Positions 46,849 through 56,572 of a stretch of DNA of 64,000 nucleotides are shown here, piece by piece. A program made the position numbers and the translations under genes. Position 1 is the first letter of the stretch. The number at the start of each line of letters is the position of its first letter. Source of the stretch: a bacterium (GTDB taxonomy: Bacteria > Pseudomonadota > Alphaproteobacteria > Caulobacterales > Hyphomonadaceae); contig WGML01000009.1 in NCBI GenBank assembly GCA_016125045.1, positions 117,206 to 181,205 of the forward strand, read 5' to 3'. The notes beneath the pieces were generated by a model. The model was not told where the DNA came from and did not search any database. It worked only from the letters and a program-made list of their open reading frames with translations.

Positions 46849-48981
46849 ATGTCGACACCGCGCGCCAGGTTCGCCGGCGGCTCTCTTGCTTTGGCGGCGG
46901 CGTCTTTCGCCGCGCTGACGGCGGTGTTTTCCCCATCTGCGGGCGCACAGACCCCGCCCGGATCGACGCCCGCGCCGGAACCCGGCGACACATCGCAAAA
47001 GTCCTTCACGTCGGGCTATTTCGTTCCCTTCAACCCGGTAACCGCCGAAGACATGGTCCGCCGCATTCCTGGCTTCACGCTCGATGACGGCGGCGATCGG
47101 CGAGGCTTCACCGGGGCCACGGGCAATGTCCTAATCGACGGTGAAGTGCCAAGCTCCAAGACGCGCGTGTCCGAACAGCTTGCTAGAATCTCCGCGCGGG
47201 ACGTGCTGCGAATTGATCTGTTCTCTGGAGCCTCACAGACCTCCGATCTCCGCGGACAATCGACGTTCGTCGACGTCCGGCTCCGCCCGCGCAGCGCCGG
47301 CGCCACGAACACGTTTGTCGCCCAGGCGAACCGGCTCGAACCCTCAGGAAGCATCAACCCGGTTCTGACCATCACCCGGGCGTTCAACCTCAGAGGCGCC
47401 GCAGTCAGCGGCACGCTTCAGGCGCAACCGAACCGGCGCGGACGCATCGAATTCGATCGCACCCTGCTCGACCCTTCGGGAAACGTGCTCGAACGCTCGG
47501 ACGAACACCTTCAAGGCACGTTTCGCGAGTATTCCGCATCCGGTCGCGTCACCTTTTCACCCGGCGCACGGGACGCCGTGAGCCTCAACGCAGAAGGGAG
47601 TTTCCGGCCGGTCGACGGACGCCACACCTTCTCCGAAACGCGGACCCCATCGGGCGATCTGCTTCGGGTCGAAGACAGTCTGGTGGAAGGGCTCGACCCA
47701 TGGTCGGTCGAGCTTGGTGGTGACTGGGAACACCGCTTCTCCTCCAGCAGTTCTGTGAAGCTCGTGGGCCTGATGAGCCGCGACGAAACAGCGTCATCGG
47801 AGCGCTACTCGGTGTTCCCCGCCTCGGGCGCAGCGCGTGACACGCTGATCGCCCGATCCGCAACGGCGGATGAGTATGTCGCGCGCGGTGTCTGGACCAT
47901 ACGCGCGACGCCAAGCGTCTCGATCGATGCGGGTGTCGAAGGCGCGCTCAACACACTCGACAACGCACTCGACATCAAGGTCGCAACCCTCGGACAGATC
48001 ATCGACCGAACGCCGCCGGTAGCGGACACTCGTGTCGAGGAAAAACGCGTCGAGACGTTCGTCACCACGGTCTGGTCGGCGTCGGAAAACCTTAGACTGG
48101 AAGCCGGGCTCAATCTTGAAACCTCGACCATTCGCCAGTCCGGCGACGCCTCCCAGGAACGAGACTTCTCCTACCTCAAGCCGAGCCTTAACGCGTCCTG
48201 GCGGACTGACAGTGGAACGCAATACCGCCTGAAGCTGGAGCGCGACATCGCCCAGCTCGACTTCTCCGAGTTTGCGAGCGCGGTCTCGCTCTTTGATGGA
48301 ACGGTCGATGTCGGGAACCCGGACCTGGAGCCGGAAAAGACCTGGCGGACCCAGCTAGAATGGGAGCGGCGGCTTGGACCCAAGGGCGCTCTGGTGCTCA
48401 CCCTGTTTCACGACGCTGTCGAGGACGTGCAGGACCAGATTCCGCTCTCGGGCCAACTGGAAGGCCCCGGAAACCTCGGCGATGGACGCCGCGCGGGGCT
48501 GCGGCTCGACGCGACGATCCCTGTTCCCTGGTTGGGCGGCGCGGCTTCCGAACTCAGGGTCAAGGCGCTGGTTCAGGACACGCGTGTCGATGACCCGACA
48601 AGCGGCGAGACGCGGCGCTTCGCGAACGAACCGGACTGGACCTATTCGATCGACTTCCGACGCCCTGCGCCATCCTGGAAGATGCTCTTCGGCGCCACCT
48701 TCGACCACAAGGACGAGGTGGATGTGTTCCGCTTGCGGGAGTTGCGAACCAACGGGTTCGAGACCGGCAAGCTCGATCTGTTTGCCGAGACAACGGCCGT
48801 CAACAGGCTGGTCATTCGCGTCACCCTCTCCAACGTGTTTCGTCCAACGGAGGTCCGCACACGCGAACTGTTTGCACCGAGCCGGGCGGACGCTGCGAAC
48901 CTGACCGGCGTCGAGCGTCGCCTCGCGACCGGCGGCTTCGGCACCCGGTCGATCGGCGTCCGGGTGTCCGGACGGTTCTGA
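46849..48981 (+). CDS. TonB-dependent receptor
   Basis: Signal peptide. Plug motif RGFTGATGNVLIDGEVPSSK. Beta-barrel body with a C-terminal ...GVRVSGRF (terminal aromatic residue). Confidence 0.85.
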   Translation: MSTPRARFAGGSLALAAASFAALTAVFSPSAGAQTPPGSTPAPEPGDTSQKSFTSGYFVPFNPVTAEDMVRRIPGFTLDDGGDRRGFTGATGNVLIDGEVPSSKTRVSEQLARISARDVLRIDLFSGASQTSDLRGQSTFVDVRLRPRSAGATNTFVAQANRLEPSGSINPVLTITRAFNLRGAAVSGTLQAQPNRRGRIEFDRTLLDPSGNVLERSDEHLQGTFREYSASGRVTFSPGARDAVSLNAEGSFRPVDGRHTFSETRTPSGDLLRVEDSLVEGLDPWSVELGGDWEHRFSSSSSVKLVGLMSRDETASSERYSVFPASGAARDTLIARSATADEYVARGVWTIRATPSVSIDAGVEGALNTLDNALDIKVATLGQIIDRTPPVADTRVEEKRVETFVTTVWSASENLRLEAGLNLETSTIRQSGDASQERDFSYLKPSLNASWRTDSGTQYRLKLERDIAQLDFSEFASAVSLFDGTVDVGNPDLEPEKTWRTQLEWERRLGPKGALVLTLFHDAVEDVQDQIPLSGQLEGPGNLGDGRRAGLRLDATIPVPWLGGAASELRVKALVQDTRVDDPTSGETRRFANEPDWTYSIDFRRPAPSWKMLFGATFDHKDEVDVFRLRELRTNGFETGKLDLFAETTAVNRLVIRVTLSNVFRPTEVRTRELFAPSRADAANLTGVERRLATGGFGTRSIGVRVSGRF

Positions 48982-49096
48982 TCGTCACGCGCCCGCATCC
49001 GGTCTGCGCGCTCGCGCCCGGTTGACGTCGCGCCAAAAGCGGCCTCTCGTTCAGGCAAGGGTGAATTGACGCTTCAAGACTTCCGGAGGTCCGACG

Positions 49097-50284
49097 ATGT
49101 CCGCGCTGGAAACATTCCGTACAGAAACACGCGCCTGGTTGGAGGCGAACAGTCCCGCTTCGATGCGCACGCCGATGGCCGAGGGCGACATCGTCTGGGG
49201 CGGTCGCAAGGCGAAATTCCCCAACGCGGACGCCAAACTCTGGCTCGAGCGGATGGCCGAGCGCGGCTGGACGGCCCCGACCTGGCCGCGAGACTACGGC
49301 GGCGGCGGTCTCACCCGCGAGGAAGCGCAAGTGCTGGAGCAGGAGCTGCGCCGCATCCACGCCCGTCCCGCTCTCTCCTCCTTCGGCGTGTGGATGCTGG
49401 GGCCGGTGCTTCTTGAGTACGCAAGCGAGGAGCAGAAGCGCGAACACCTGCCCAAAATCGTGCGCGGCGAAATCCGCTGGTGCCAGGGCTATTCCGAACC
49501 GGGCGCCGGATCGGACCTCGCCGGCCTCCAGACCAGGTGCGAAGACAAGGGTGATCACTATCTGATCAACGGTCAGAAGGTTTGGACGTCCTACGCCAAC
49601 CACGCCGACATGTGTTTCTGCCTGGTGCGGACCGACCCCACGAAGAAGCATGAGGGAATTTCCTTCATCCTCATCGACATGACGTGGCCGGGCGTCGACG
49701 CGCGGCCGATCCAGCTCATCTCCGGTTCGTCCCCGTTCTGCGAAACCTTCTTCACCGATGTGAAGGCGCCCAAAGCCAATCTCGTCGGTCGCGTCGGCGG
49801 CGGATGGGAGATCGCCAAACGGCTCCTCCAGTATGAGCGGATGAACATTTCCGCGTCGGGGTTCGGCGGCGGCGCCGGACCGCAACTGATCGACCTCGCC
49901 CAGCGCTATGTGGGCGTGAAGGACGGCCGGCTGGTGGACGCGGACCTGCGCGCGCGCATCGCCCGCCAGTCCATGTATGAACGCGCGTTCGGACTGACCG
50001 TGCGTCGCTCGACCGAGCAGGCGAAGGCCGGATCGGACGTCGGCCCGGCGACCTCGATCATCAAATACGCCGCCGCCAAGATGAACCAGAACCGCACCGA
50101 ATTGCAGGTCGAAGCGCTCGGCTATCAGGGCCTCGGTTGGGAGGGTGAGGGGTTCACGCCAGAGGAGACCCTCGCGACCCGCTCTTTCCTGCGCGCCAAG
50201 GGCAACTCGATCGAGGGCGGCACGTCAGAGGTCAATCTGAACGTGGTGGCGAAGCGGGTGCTCGGACTGCGGGACCACCAGTAG
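49097..50284 (+). CDS. Acyl-CoA dehydrogenase
   Basis: WCQGYSEPGAGSDLAGLQTR..., GQKVWTS, and the C-terminal SIEGGTSEVNLNVVAKRVLGL. Confidence 0.9.
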   Translation: MSALETFRTETRAWLEANSPASMRTPMAEGDIVWGGRKAKFPNADAKLWLERMAERGWTAPTWPRDYGGGGLTREEAQVLEQELRRIHARPALSSFGVWMLGPVLLEYASEEQKREHLPKIVRGEIRWCQGYSEPGAGSDLAGLQTRCEDKGDHYLINGQKVWTSYANHADMCFCLVRTDPTKKHEGISFILIDMTWPGVDARPIQLISGSSPFCETFFTDVKAPKANLVGRVGGGWEIAKRLLQYERMNISASGFGGGAGPQLIDLAQRYVGVKDGRLVDADLRARIARQSMYERAFGLTVRRSTEQAKAGSDVGPATSIIKYAAAKMNQNRTELQVEALGYQGLGWEGEGFTPEETLATRSFLRAKGNSIEGGTSEVNLNVVAKRVLGLRDHQ

Positions 50285-50288
50285 CGAC

Positions 50289-50954
50289 ATGATCCGGGGC
50301 GGCTCTCGGAACGATGCGGCGCCCCTGTCCGGCGCGCGTTGTACAGCGGCTGCAGCGACGATCGCCGCGCTCCTTCTGGCGGCGTGCGAGCCCATTCCGC
50401 CGGATGCGGAGGTCGGCCCGTTCGCGCAGGCGTCGCCCGAAGATGGGTTCCGGTCGACATCTCATGCCTGCTCCGACCCCGTGACGGTCAAGATCGCCTT
50501 CAGCGCGCCCGATGCGTCCGATACGTTCAGGATCGAAGCGATCGGCGAGACTTGCGAGGAGTCGAGCCTCGTCGTGACCCTGCGGGCGGAAGGCGGCGGC
50601 CTGCTATGGACCCATGCGAGCCGCGCCCGAGACGCCGCTCCGCTCGAGACCGACGCCGCATCACGCCGTCCGTTCGACGACCGGATCGGGCAGATCATGG
50701 CGCTTTGGGCCGGCGAGGTGGAGGTCACGCCCAGCAGCGCCGCACCTGACTGGCCGGAGGGGGCCGCGCGGCCGTCGCGCACCGGCGGCCCATTCTACGA
50801 GACCGGCTTCCCCCGTGAGGACTATCTCAGACTGCGCGAGGACATCCGACCCATGCTCTGCCATGCGGTGACCGCCGCAGAGCGCGCATGCGTGCTCTAT
50901 ATCGATGACGGTTCGGGCGGTTTCGCGCTGGACTATTTCGCCGAAGTGTACTGA
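50289..50954 (+). CDS. Hypothetical lipoprotein
   Basis: Lipobox AALLLAAC. No recognised domain. Confidence 0.5.
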   Translation: MIRGGSRNDAAPLSGARCTAAAATIAALLLAACEPIPPDAEVGPFAQASPEDGFRSTSHACSDPVTVKIAFSAPDASDTFRIEAIGETCEESSLVVTLRAEGGGLLWTHASRARDAAPLETDAASRRPFDDRIGQIMALWAGEVEVTPSSAAPDWPEGAARPSRTGGPFYETGFPREDYLRLREDIRPMLCHAVTAAERACVLYIDDGSGGFALDYFAEVY

Positions 50955-50977
50955 CCGCGCCGGTCTCGCAGCGCCCC

Positions 50978-51679
50978 TTATCCGCGACCGGAAGATGCGC
51001 CGCCGTCCATTCCCGCCGCGAGCCTCGCCGCGGTGCGCGCCGTCGACCGGAACTGCCGGTTCACGAGCGCCGCAACGATCAGCGCGGTGGCCGCCGCAAA
51101 CGCCGCTGCACCGAGGAACCAGGCGAGCACCGCGATCGCCAGAAAGAATGCGCGCATGCCGGCGGTGAACTGTCCAGCCGCCGCGATGTTCATCTCCGCC
51201 GCATGCAGGGCGGCGTCCTCCGCCCCCGGCTCTCCCGCCTCGGGCGCGGCGGCCATCATCACCGCGCAGTAATTGAAGAGTCGGTAGGACCATCCGAACT
51301 TGAAGAAGGCGTAGGCATACAGCGCCATCACACCGGCCGTCTTCAGGTAGAACGCCCCGCGATCGATCCGGAAGTGCAGGGTCGAAGCCTCGAACGCCTG
51401 AATGATCGTGTCGGCGGCCGTGATCAGACCGAAGCCCGCCCCCACCGCGAGCAGCGCCGTCGACGCAAAGAACGACGTCGAGTTTTGCAGGCCGGAAATG
51501 ATGTTCGTGTCGACGATCCGCACGCTGCGCCGCGCCATCGCCCGCATCCATGCCCGGCGCTGCGACTCCATCGCCGCTGACAGGGTGTGTCGATGCAGCG
51601 GCGACCGGTCGATCACCCAGCCGAGGAGCCACCAGGCCGCCAGGAAGAACCCCAGCGCGGCGAAATCATACGACGTCAT
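50978..51679 (-). CDS. DUF599 family membrane protein
   Basis: The N-terminus MTSYDFAALGFFLAAWWLLGWVIDRS...RRAWM... and the overall TM layout fit DUF599, from memory. Confidence 0.65.
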   Translation of the reverse strand: MTSYDFAALGFFLAAWWLLGWVIDRSPLHRHTLSAAMESQRRAWMRAMARRSVRIVDTNIISGLQNSTSFFASTALLAVGAGFGLITAADTIIQAFEASTLHFRIDRGAFYLKTAGVMALYAYAFFKFGWSYRLFNYCAVMMAAAPEAGEPGAEDAALHAAEMNIAAAGQFTAGMRAFFLAIAVLAWFLGAAAFAAATALIVAALVNRQFRSTARTAARLAAGMDGGASSGRG

Positions 51680-51721
51680 CGCCCTCAGCCCCCGTCAGCG
51701 CACCGACGACACCCGTGCCTG

Positions 51722-52984
51722 TCAATCCTGGACGCGCGGCAGATAACGATCCCGCAGGCGGGTCTGGCGTGTGGTGAGCGAGGTCTCGACGCCCTCGACC
51801 AGCACCATTGTCGGCGCGCTCATGACCTCGAGCGGGTCGCCGTCCCAGATCACGACATCGCCAAGAAAACCGGGCTGCAATCGGCCGAGGTCGCGCCCCA
51901 CACCGAAGATCTCCGCCGGACCGCTCGTGATGGCGGCGAGCGCGGCGTCCCACGACAGACCGTTCGCCAACGCGTTGCCGGCGAGCTGGAGCGCCAGTCG
52001 CGCCTGTTGGGCGTCATCGGTTCCCGGAGCAGGAGCAATCGCGATGGTCACGCCCGCCGCCTGAAGCAGCGCGGCATTATCAAGGCGCGCCCCGACACGC
52101 TCCATCTGGTCGGGCAGATTGGCGAGCGGGTCGACGATCACCGGAATGCCTGCCGCCGCAAGCTCGGGCGCCGCACGCCAGGCTTCCGCCCCGCCATGGA
52201 TCGCGAACTTCAGTCGCGGATCGGCCCGTGCGACGCGCAGCAGCTCGCGGATGTCTGCGGCGCGGTCGATGTTGACGAGAAACATGCCCCGTCCTTCCGC
52301 GAACGGCTTCACGGCGGCGGCGTCAAGTTCGGAGAGAACCGTTCCGCCCTGCCCGGACCGGTAGCGCTGCGGATAGTCCCGCGCATCCTGCAAAGCCGCC
52401 TCGAAAGCCGGCCAGGAAGCCGCACGCGATCCGCCGGAACGCCTGGCCCCAGCCTCGCCAAGAGAGACCTTCATGAAGGATTTGCGCTGGAACACGCTGT
52501 CAGCGCGACCATCCAGCACGACGAGCGCGCCGGTTCCGCCGAACATGGTCGCGGTCGCGTTTGGGTCAAGGCCCGTGCGCGTGACGCCCTCGATGCGGGT
52601 TATCGCAACCGCCGTCGCCGCCGGGTCGAACGCCCGCGCGGCGTCCGCTGCCGCCGAGATGGGTCCCGAACCGATCGTCGCGTCGTTGGGCGCGCCCGAT
52701 CCCGAAATCTCGCTCATGCCGGTCTCGCTCAGGGCGGCGAAAATGCCGGGAGTGACCCACCGCCCGCCCGCGTCGATCACTTTGGCCTGCCGCGACGCCC
52801 GCACATCGGCCCCGACGGCGGCGATCCGCCCATCGACGATCAACACATCCCCGCCTTCGATGACGCCGGCGGACGAGTTGGTGACGACCTTGCCGTCCTT
52901 GATGAGGATCGTCTGCGACTGGGCAGCGGGAATGAGGGCGAGCGACGCCGCAAGCGCGGCGGCGATCATAAGCAAGCGGCGCAT
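51722..52984 (-). CDS. Periplasmic amidohydrolase-superfamily protein
   Basis: Signal peptide MRRLLMIAAALAASLALIPAAQS. The N-terminal I.G..V...D..I..G.I..V pattern is present. Its ATG overlaps the upstream stop (TGATG). Confidence 0.8.
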   Translation of the reverse strand: MRRLLMIAAALAASLALIPAAQSQTILIKDGKVVTNSSAGVIEGGDVLIVDGRIAAVGADVRASRQAKVIDAGGRWVTPGIFAALSETGMSEISGSGAPNDATIGSGPISAAADAARAFDPAATAVAITRIEGVTRTGLDPNATATMFGGTGALVVLDGRADSVFQRKSFMKVSLGEAGARRSGGSRAASWPAFEAALQDARDYPQRYRSGQGGTVLSELDAAAVKPFAEGRGMFLVNIDRAADIRELLRVARADPRLKFAIHGGAEAWRAAPELAAAGIPVIVDPLANLPDQMERVGARLDNAALLQAAGVTIAIAPAPGTDDAQQARLALQLAGNALANGLSWDAALAAITSGPAEIFGVGRDLGRLQPGFLGDVVIWDGDPLEVMSAPTMVLVEGVETSLTTRQTRLRDRYLPRVQD

Positions 52985-54432
52985 CAGCGAGCCTCCTCGA
53001 CAACGGTCTGCCCGAGTTCGAAGTCCGACGGCGGGTCCCTGCGGACGCCTCGCTGATAGACCAGCGCGCCGTCCATGTAGACACGCTCCGCCACGGCGTA
53101 GACGCTGAACGGATCGGCTGACCAGACCACCACGTCGCCCGCCTTTCCGGCTCTCAGCGATCCTGTCGCATCCGCGACGCCGATCGCCCGCGCGGGGTTG
53201 ATCGCAAGCCATTTCCAGGCGTCCGCCCGGGATATCTCAAGCCCCGCCCGGCGACCGTCCGACAGCGCCTTGGCCGCCTCCTGATTGAGGCGCTGGATGC
53301 CGACCTCGCTGTCTGAATGGACAATGGCGCAGCCGCCGGCGGCATGGACGAAGGGAATGTTCTCGCGGATGCCGTCATAGGCCTCCAGCTTGAACCCCCA
53401 CCAGTCGGCCCAGAGCGCGCCGCAAACGTCCGCTTCCGCCAGCAGGTCGGCGATCTTGTAGGCCTCCACCGCGTGATGGAAGGCCGACACCTTGAAGTTG
53501 AATTCCTTGGCGATATCGAGCGCGGTCGCCATCTGGTCGGCCCGGTAGCAATGCCATTGGACCAGAATGTCGCCGTTCAGCACGCCGACGAGCGTCTCCA
53601 GTTCAAGGTCGCGTTCCGGAGGGGTCGGCGGATCATCGCCTGCCTTGAGCTTGGCGAGCTTGGCTTCGTACTCCGTCTGCTTGCGCCGATAGCCTTCGGC
53701 GCGGATCCAGTTCTGGCGCCAGCCGGCGACATTTCCCATGTCCGTGGCCGGCGAGGAGTTGCGGCCGCCATAAACCCGCGACGGGTTTTCTCCGCACGCC
53801 ATCTTGAGACTGTGCGGTGCGCCAGGAAACTTCATCTCCTGCATCGTTCGCGCCCCGAGCACGGGCCGAAGCGTCACCCCCCGTCCACCGAACAGGTTCG
53901 CTGAGCCGGGCAGCACGTGGAGCGTCGTCACCCCGCCTGCAACGGCGCGCAGAAAGCCCGGATCCTGCGGCCAGACCGAATGCTCGGCCCAGACCTCGGC
54001 CGTGTTCGGCTGCGTCCCCTCATTCCCATCCGAAGAAGCGGCGATCCCGGGCGAGGGATAGACACCAAGATGCGAGTGCGGGTCGATGATCCCCGGCGTC
54101 ACGAACTTGCCGATTGCATCGATGACATCCGCGCCCGCAGGCGATGCAATGCCCGTCCCCAACGAGGCGACCTTGCCGTCAATGATCAGCACGTCCGCGG
54201 AGGCGAACTCCCCGCCCTCGCCATCGATCACCGTGCCGCCCCGGATCAGCGTGACCCCGGACGGAGCGGGTTTGTAGGTCGAAGCGAAGGCTTCGGGCGG
54301 CGCCGCCGGCGCCTGCGGCGTGGCGGCGGCGGGAGGCGCGACGGCCCCATTTGTCGCCGCACCGGTGGATGCACATGCGGCGAGGCCGAGGCTGGCGACC
54401 AGCGCCGCCGCCAATCTTGCGTAATGACTCAC
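52984..54432 (-). CDS. Periplasmic amidohydrolase-superfamily protein
   Basis: The GTG at 54432 follows a GAGAGG Shine-Dalgarno site; an alternative ATG is at 54498. Lipobox LVASLGLAAC. Metal-binding motif GIIDPHSHLG. Confidence 0.8.
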   Translation of the reverse strand: MSHYARLAAALVASLGLAACASTGAATNGAVAPPAAATPQAPAAPPEAFASTYKPAPSGVTLIRGGTVIDGEGGEFASADVLIIDGKVASLGTGIASPAGADVIDAIGKFVTPGIIDPHSHLGVYPSPGIAASSDGNEGTQPNTAEVWAEHSVWPQDPGFLRAVAGGVTTLHVLPGSANLFGGRGVTLRPVLGARTMQEMKFPGAPHSLKMACGENPSRVYGGRNSSPATDMGNVAGWRQNWIRAEGYRRKQTEYEAKLAKLKAGDDPPTPPERDLELETLVGVLNGDILVQWHCYRADQMATALDIAKEFNFKVSAFHHAVEAYKIADLLAEADVCGALWADWWGFKLEAYDGIRENIPFVHAAGGCAIVHSDSEVGIQRLNQEAAKALSDGRRAGLEISRADAWKWLAINPARAIGVADATGSLRAGKAGDVVVWSADPFSVYAVAERVYMDGALVYQRGVRRDPPSDFELGQTVVEEAR

Positions 54433-54646
54433 GTTCAGGGCCCCTCTCTTTGTGTCGGGCGGTGCGCCGCCGTTTCCAGCGTCCCAATTGACGTTCAAGC
54501 ATTTCTCTTCGCAAAGGCAAGGCGTAACCTACCCAAACTCCCGTATGGATGCGCGATTCGGGGATCGGTGATCGTTTGTGGGCGCAATCGCCAGCCGCAG
54601 CCACCGCAAGCCGCCGCGCCGCCAGGCCCCAAGTTCAGGTGCACTC

Positions 54647-55255
54647 GTGAAACTCGAATTCTGGTTCGAATTCGCCTCCACCTACTCCTATCCGGCGGCG
54701 ATGCGCATCGACAAGGTCGCCGCGACGCAGGGCGTGGAGGTGGAGTGGCGACCCTTCCTGCTCGGACCGATCTTCAAGGCGCAGCAAGGCCTCGATGACA
54801 GTCCGTTCAACGCCGTGCCGGAGAAAGGCGCCTATATGTGGCGCGATCTCGAACGCATCTGCGAAGCGCGCGGACTGCCGTTCCAGCGACCCTCCCGCTT
54901 CCCGCGCAACGGACTGCCAGCGGCCCGCGCCACGCTTGCCCTGCCGAATGATCGACGACCCTCCTTCGTGAAAGCCGTGTTTCAGGCGAACTTCGTCCAC
55001 GACCGCGACATCGCCGACCCCGCCATCATTCACGCCGCCCTGCGCCGGGCGGGCGTGGAGCCGTTCGAGATCGAAGAGCGGATCGACGATTCCGATATCA
55101 AGGATCAGCTGCGCGCCGACACCGCGGCCGCCGCCGCGCGCGGGATATTCGGATCGCCAACCTTCTTCACCGAAGATGGAGAGATGTTCTGGGGCGACGA
55201 CCGTCTCGACCAGGCGATCGACTGGGCGGCCCATATCGCGGCGGTTCAGCACTGA
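54647..55255 (+). CDS. 2-hydroxychromene-2-carboxylate isomerase (DsbA-like)
   Basis: VKLEFWFEFASTYSYPA...FGSPTFFTEDGEMFWGDDRL. Confidence 0.85.
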   Translation: MKLEFWFEFASTYSYPAAMRIDKVAATQGVEVEWRPFLLGPIFKAQQGLDDSPFNAVPEKGAYMWRDLERICEARGLPFQRPSRFPRNGLPAARATLALPNDRRPSFVKAVFQANFVHDRDIADPAIIHAALRRAGVEPFEIEERIDDSDIKDQLRADTAAAAARGIFGSPTFFTEDGEMFWGDDRLDQAIDWAAHIAAVQH

Positions 55256-55363
55256 CGCCTCCCAAACGCAGACTGGACGCGGTCCCCCATGGGCCGCTAG
55301 ACTCCTCTCGCCGTGACGCGCGGGATCGTCGCGGATGCGGTTCGCAGGGAAAGTACTAAGCGC

Positions 55364-56503
55364 ATGGGATTCGTCCTCACCGAAGAACAGCAGATGCTGC
55401 GCGATGCTGCGCTCGCCTACGCTTCCGAAAAACTCCCCGTCACCCAGCTGCGTCGGCTGCGCGACACATCTTCATCCACCGGATTCGACGCTGACGCCTG
55501 GCGCGAGATGGGCGAGATGGGCTGGGCCGGCGTGATCATTCCGGAAGCCCACGGTGGATCGGACCTTGGCTATGTCGGGCTCGGGCAGATTCTGGAGGCG
55601 CAGGGCCGCACGATCGCCGCGACGCCGCTCCTGCAAACCGCGCTCATCGGCGCCTACGCGCTCATCGCCGGCGGCTCGGACCAGCAGAAAAATGAACTTC
55701 TGCCGAAGATTGCGGCCGGGGCGCTTCGCACCGCGCTTGCCGTGGATGAAGGCCCCCGGCACGCTCCTGACACGATCTCGCTCGCCGCCCGAAAGACAGG
55801 CGCGAGCTGGGTGCTGAACGGAGACAAAAGATACGTCGTCGACGGTCCCGGCGCGGACCTGCTGATCGTCGCCGCGCGCACGGCCGGACAGGCGTCCGAC
55901 GCCGACGGCGTGACGCTGTTCTTGGTTCCGGCCAATGCGCCTGGCGTTCACCGCACGCCGCTGAAGACGCTTGACGCTCATGCGGCGGCGAACATTTCGT
56001 TCAAGGACGTGGCGGTCGACGCCGGCGCGGTTCTAGGTCCGGCGGGGGGCGGCGCATCCCTGCTGGAGGCGATCCTCGATCGCGCGCGCATCGGTCTGGC
56101 GGCGGAGATGCTGGGGGCTTCGGATGCAGCCTTCGAGATGACCGTCGACTACCTCAAGGTCCGCAAGCAGTTCGGCCAGCTGATCGGCTCCTTCCAGGCG
56201 CTGCAGCATCGCGCCGCGCTCATGTTCACGGAGATCGAACTCACCCGTTCGGCGGTCGCAGCCGCGCTCGACGCGCTCGACCGCAACGCCAACGACATCG
56301 CCGAACACGCCTCGCTCGCCAAAGCCCGCGCGGCGGAGACCCTGCATCTGGTGTCCAACGAGACCGTGCAGATGCATGGCGGGATCGGCATGACCGACGC
56401 CCATGATTCCGGCCTCTACATGAAACGCGCCCGTGTGCTCGAGGCGCTCTATGGCGGCGAAGGCTACCACCGCGACCGCTACGCTCTGCTGAACGGATTC
56501 TGA
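55364..56503 (+). CDS. Acyl-CoA dehydrogenase
   Basis: MGFVLTEEQQMLRDAA... and the C-terminal VQMHGGIGMTDAHDSGLYMKRARV. Confidence 0.9.
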   Translation: MGFVLTEEQQMLRDAALAYASEKLPVTQLRRLRDTSSSTGFDADAWREMGEMGWAGVIIPEAHGGSDLGYVGLGQILEAQGRTIAATPLLQTALIGAYALIAGGSDQQKNELLPKIAAGALRTALAVDEGPRHAPDTISLAARKTGASWVLNGDKRYVVDGPGADLLIVAARTAGQASDADGVTLFLVPANAPGVHRTPLKTLDAHAAANISFKDVAVDAGAVLGPAGGGASLLEAILDRARIGLAAEMLGASDAAFEMTVDYLKVRKQFGQLIGSFQALQHRAALMFTEIELTRSAVAAALDALDRNANDIAEHASLAKARAAETLHLVSNETVQMHGGIGMTDAHDSGLYMKRARVLEALYGGEGYHRDRYALLNGF

Positions 56504-56572
56504 GAGCGGACCGCACGTTCGACCAAGGCAACAAGGCCGGCGAACAGACCGGCTCATGGGGAGACTTCAATC

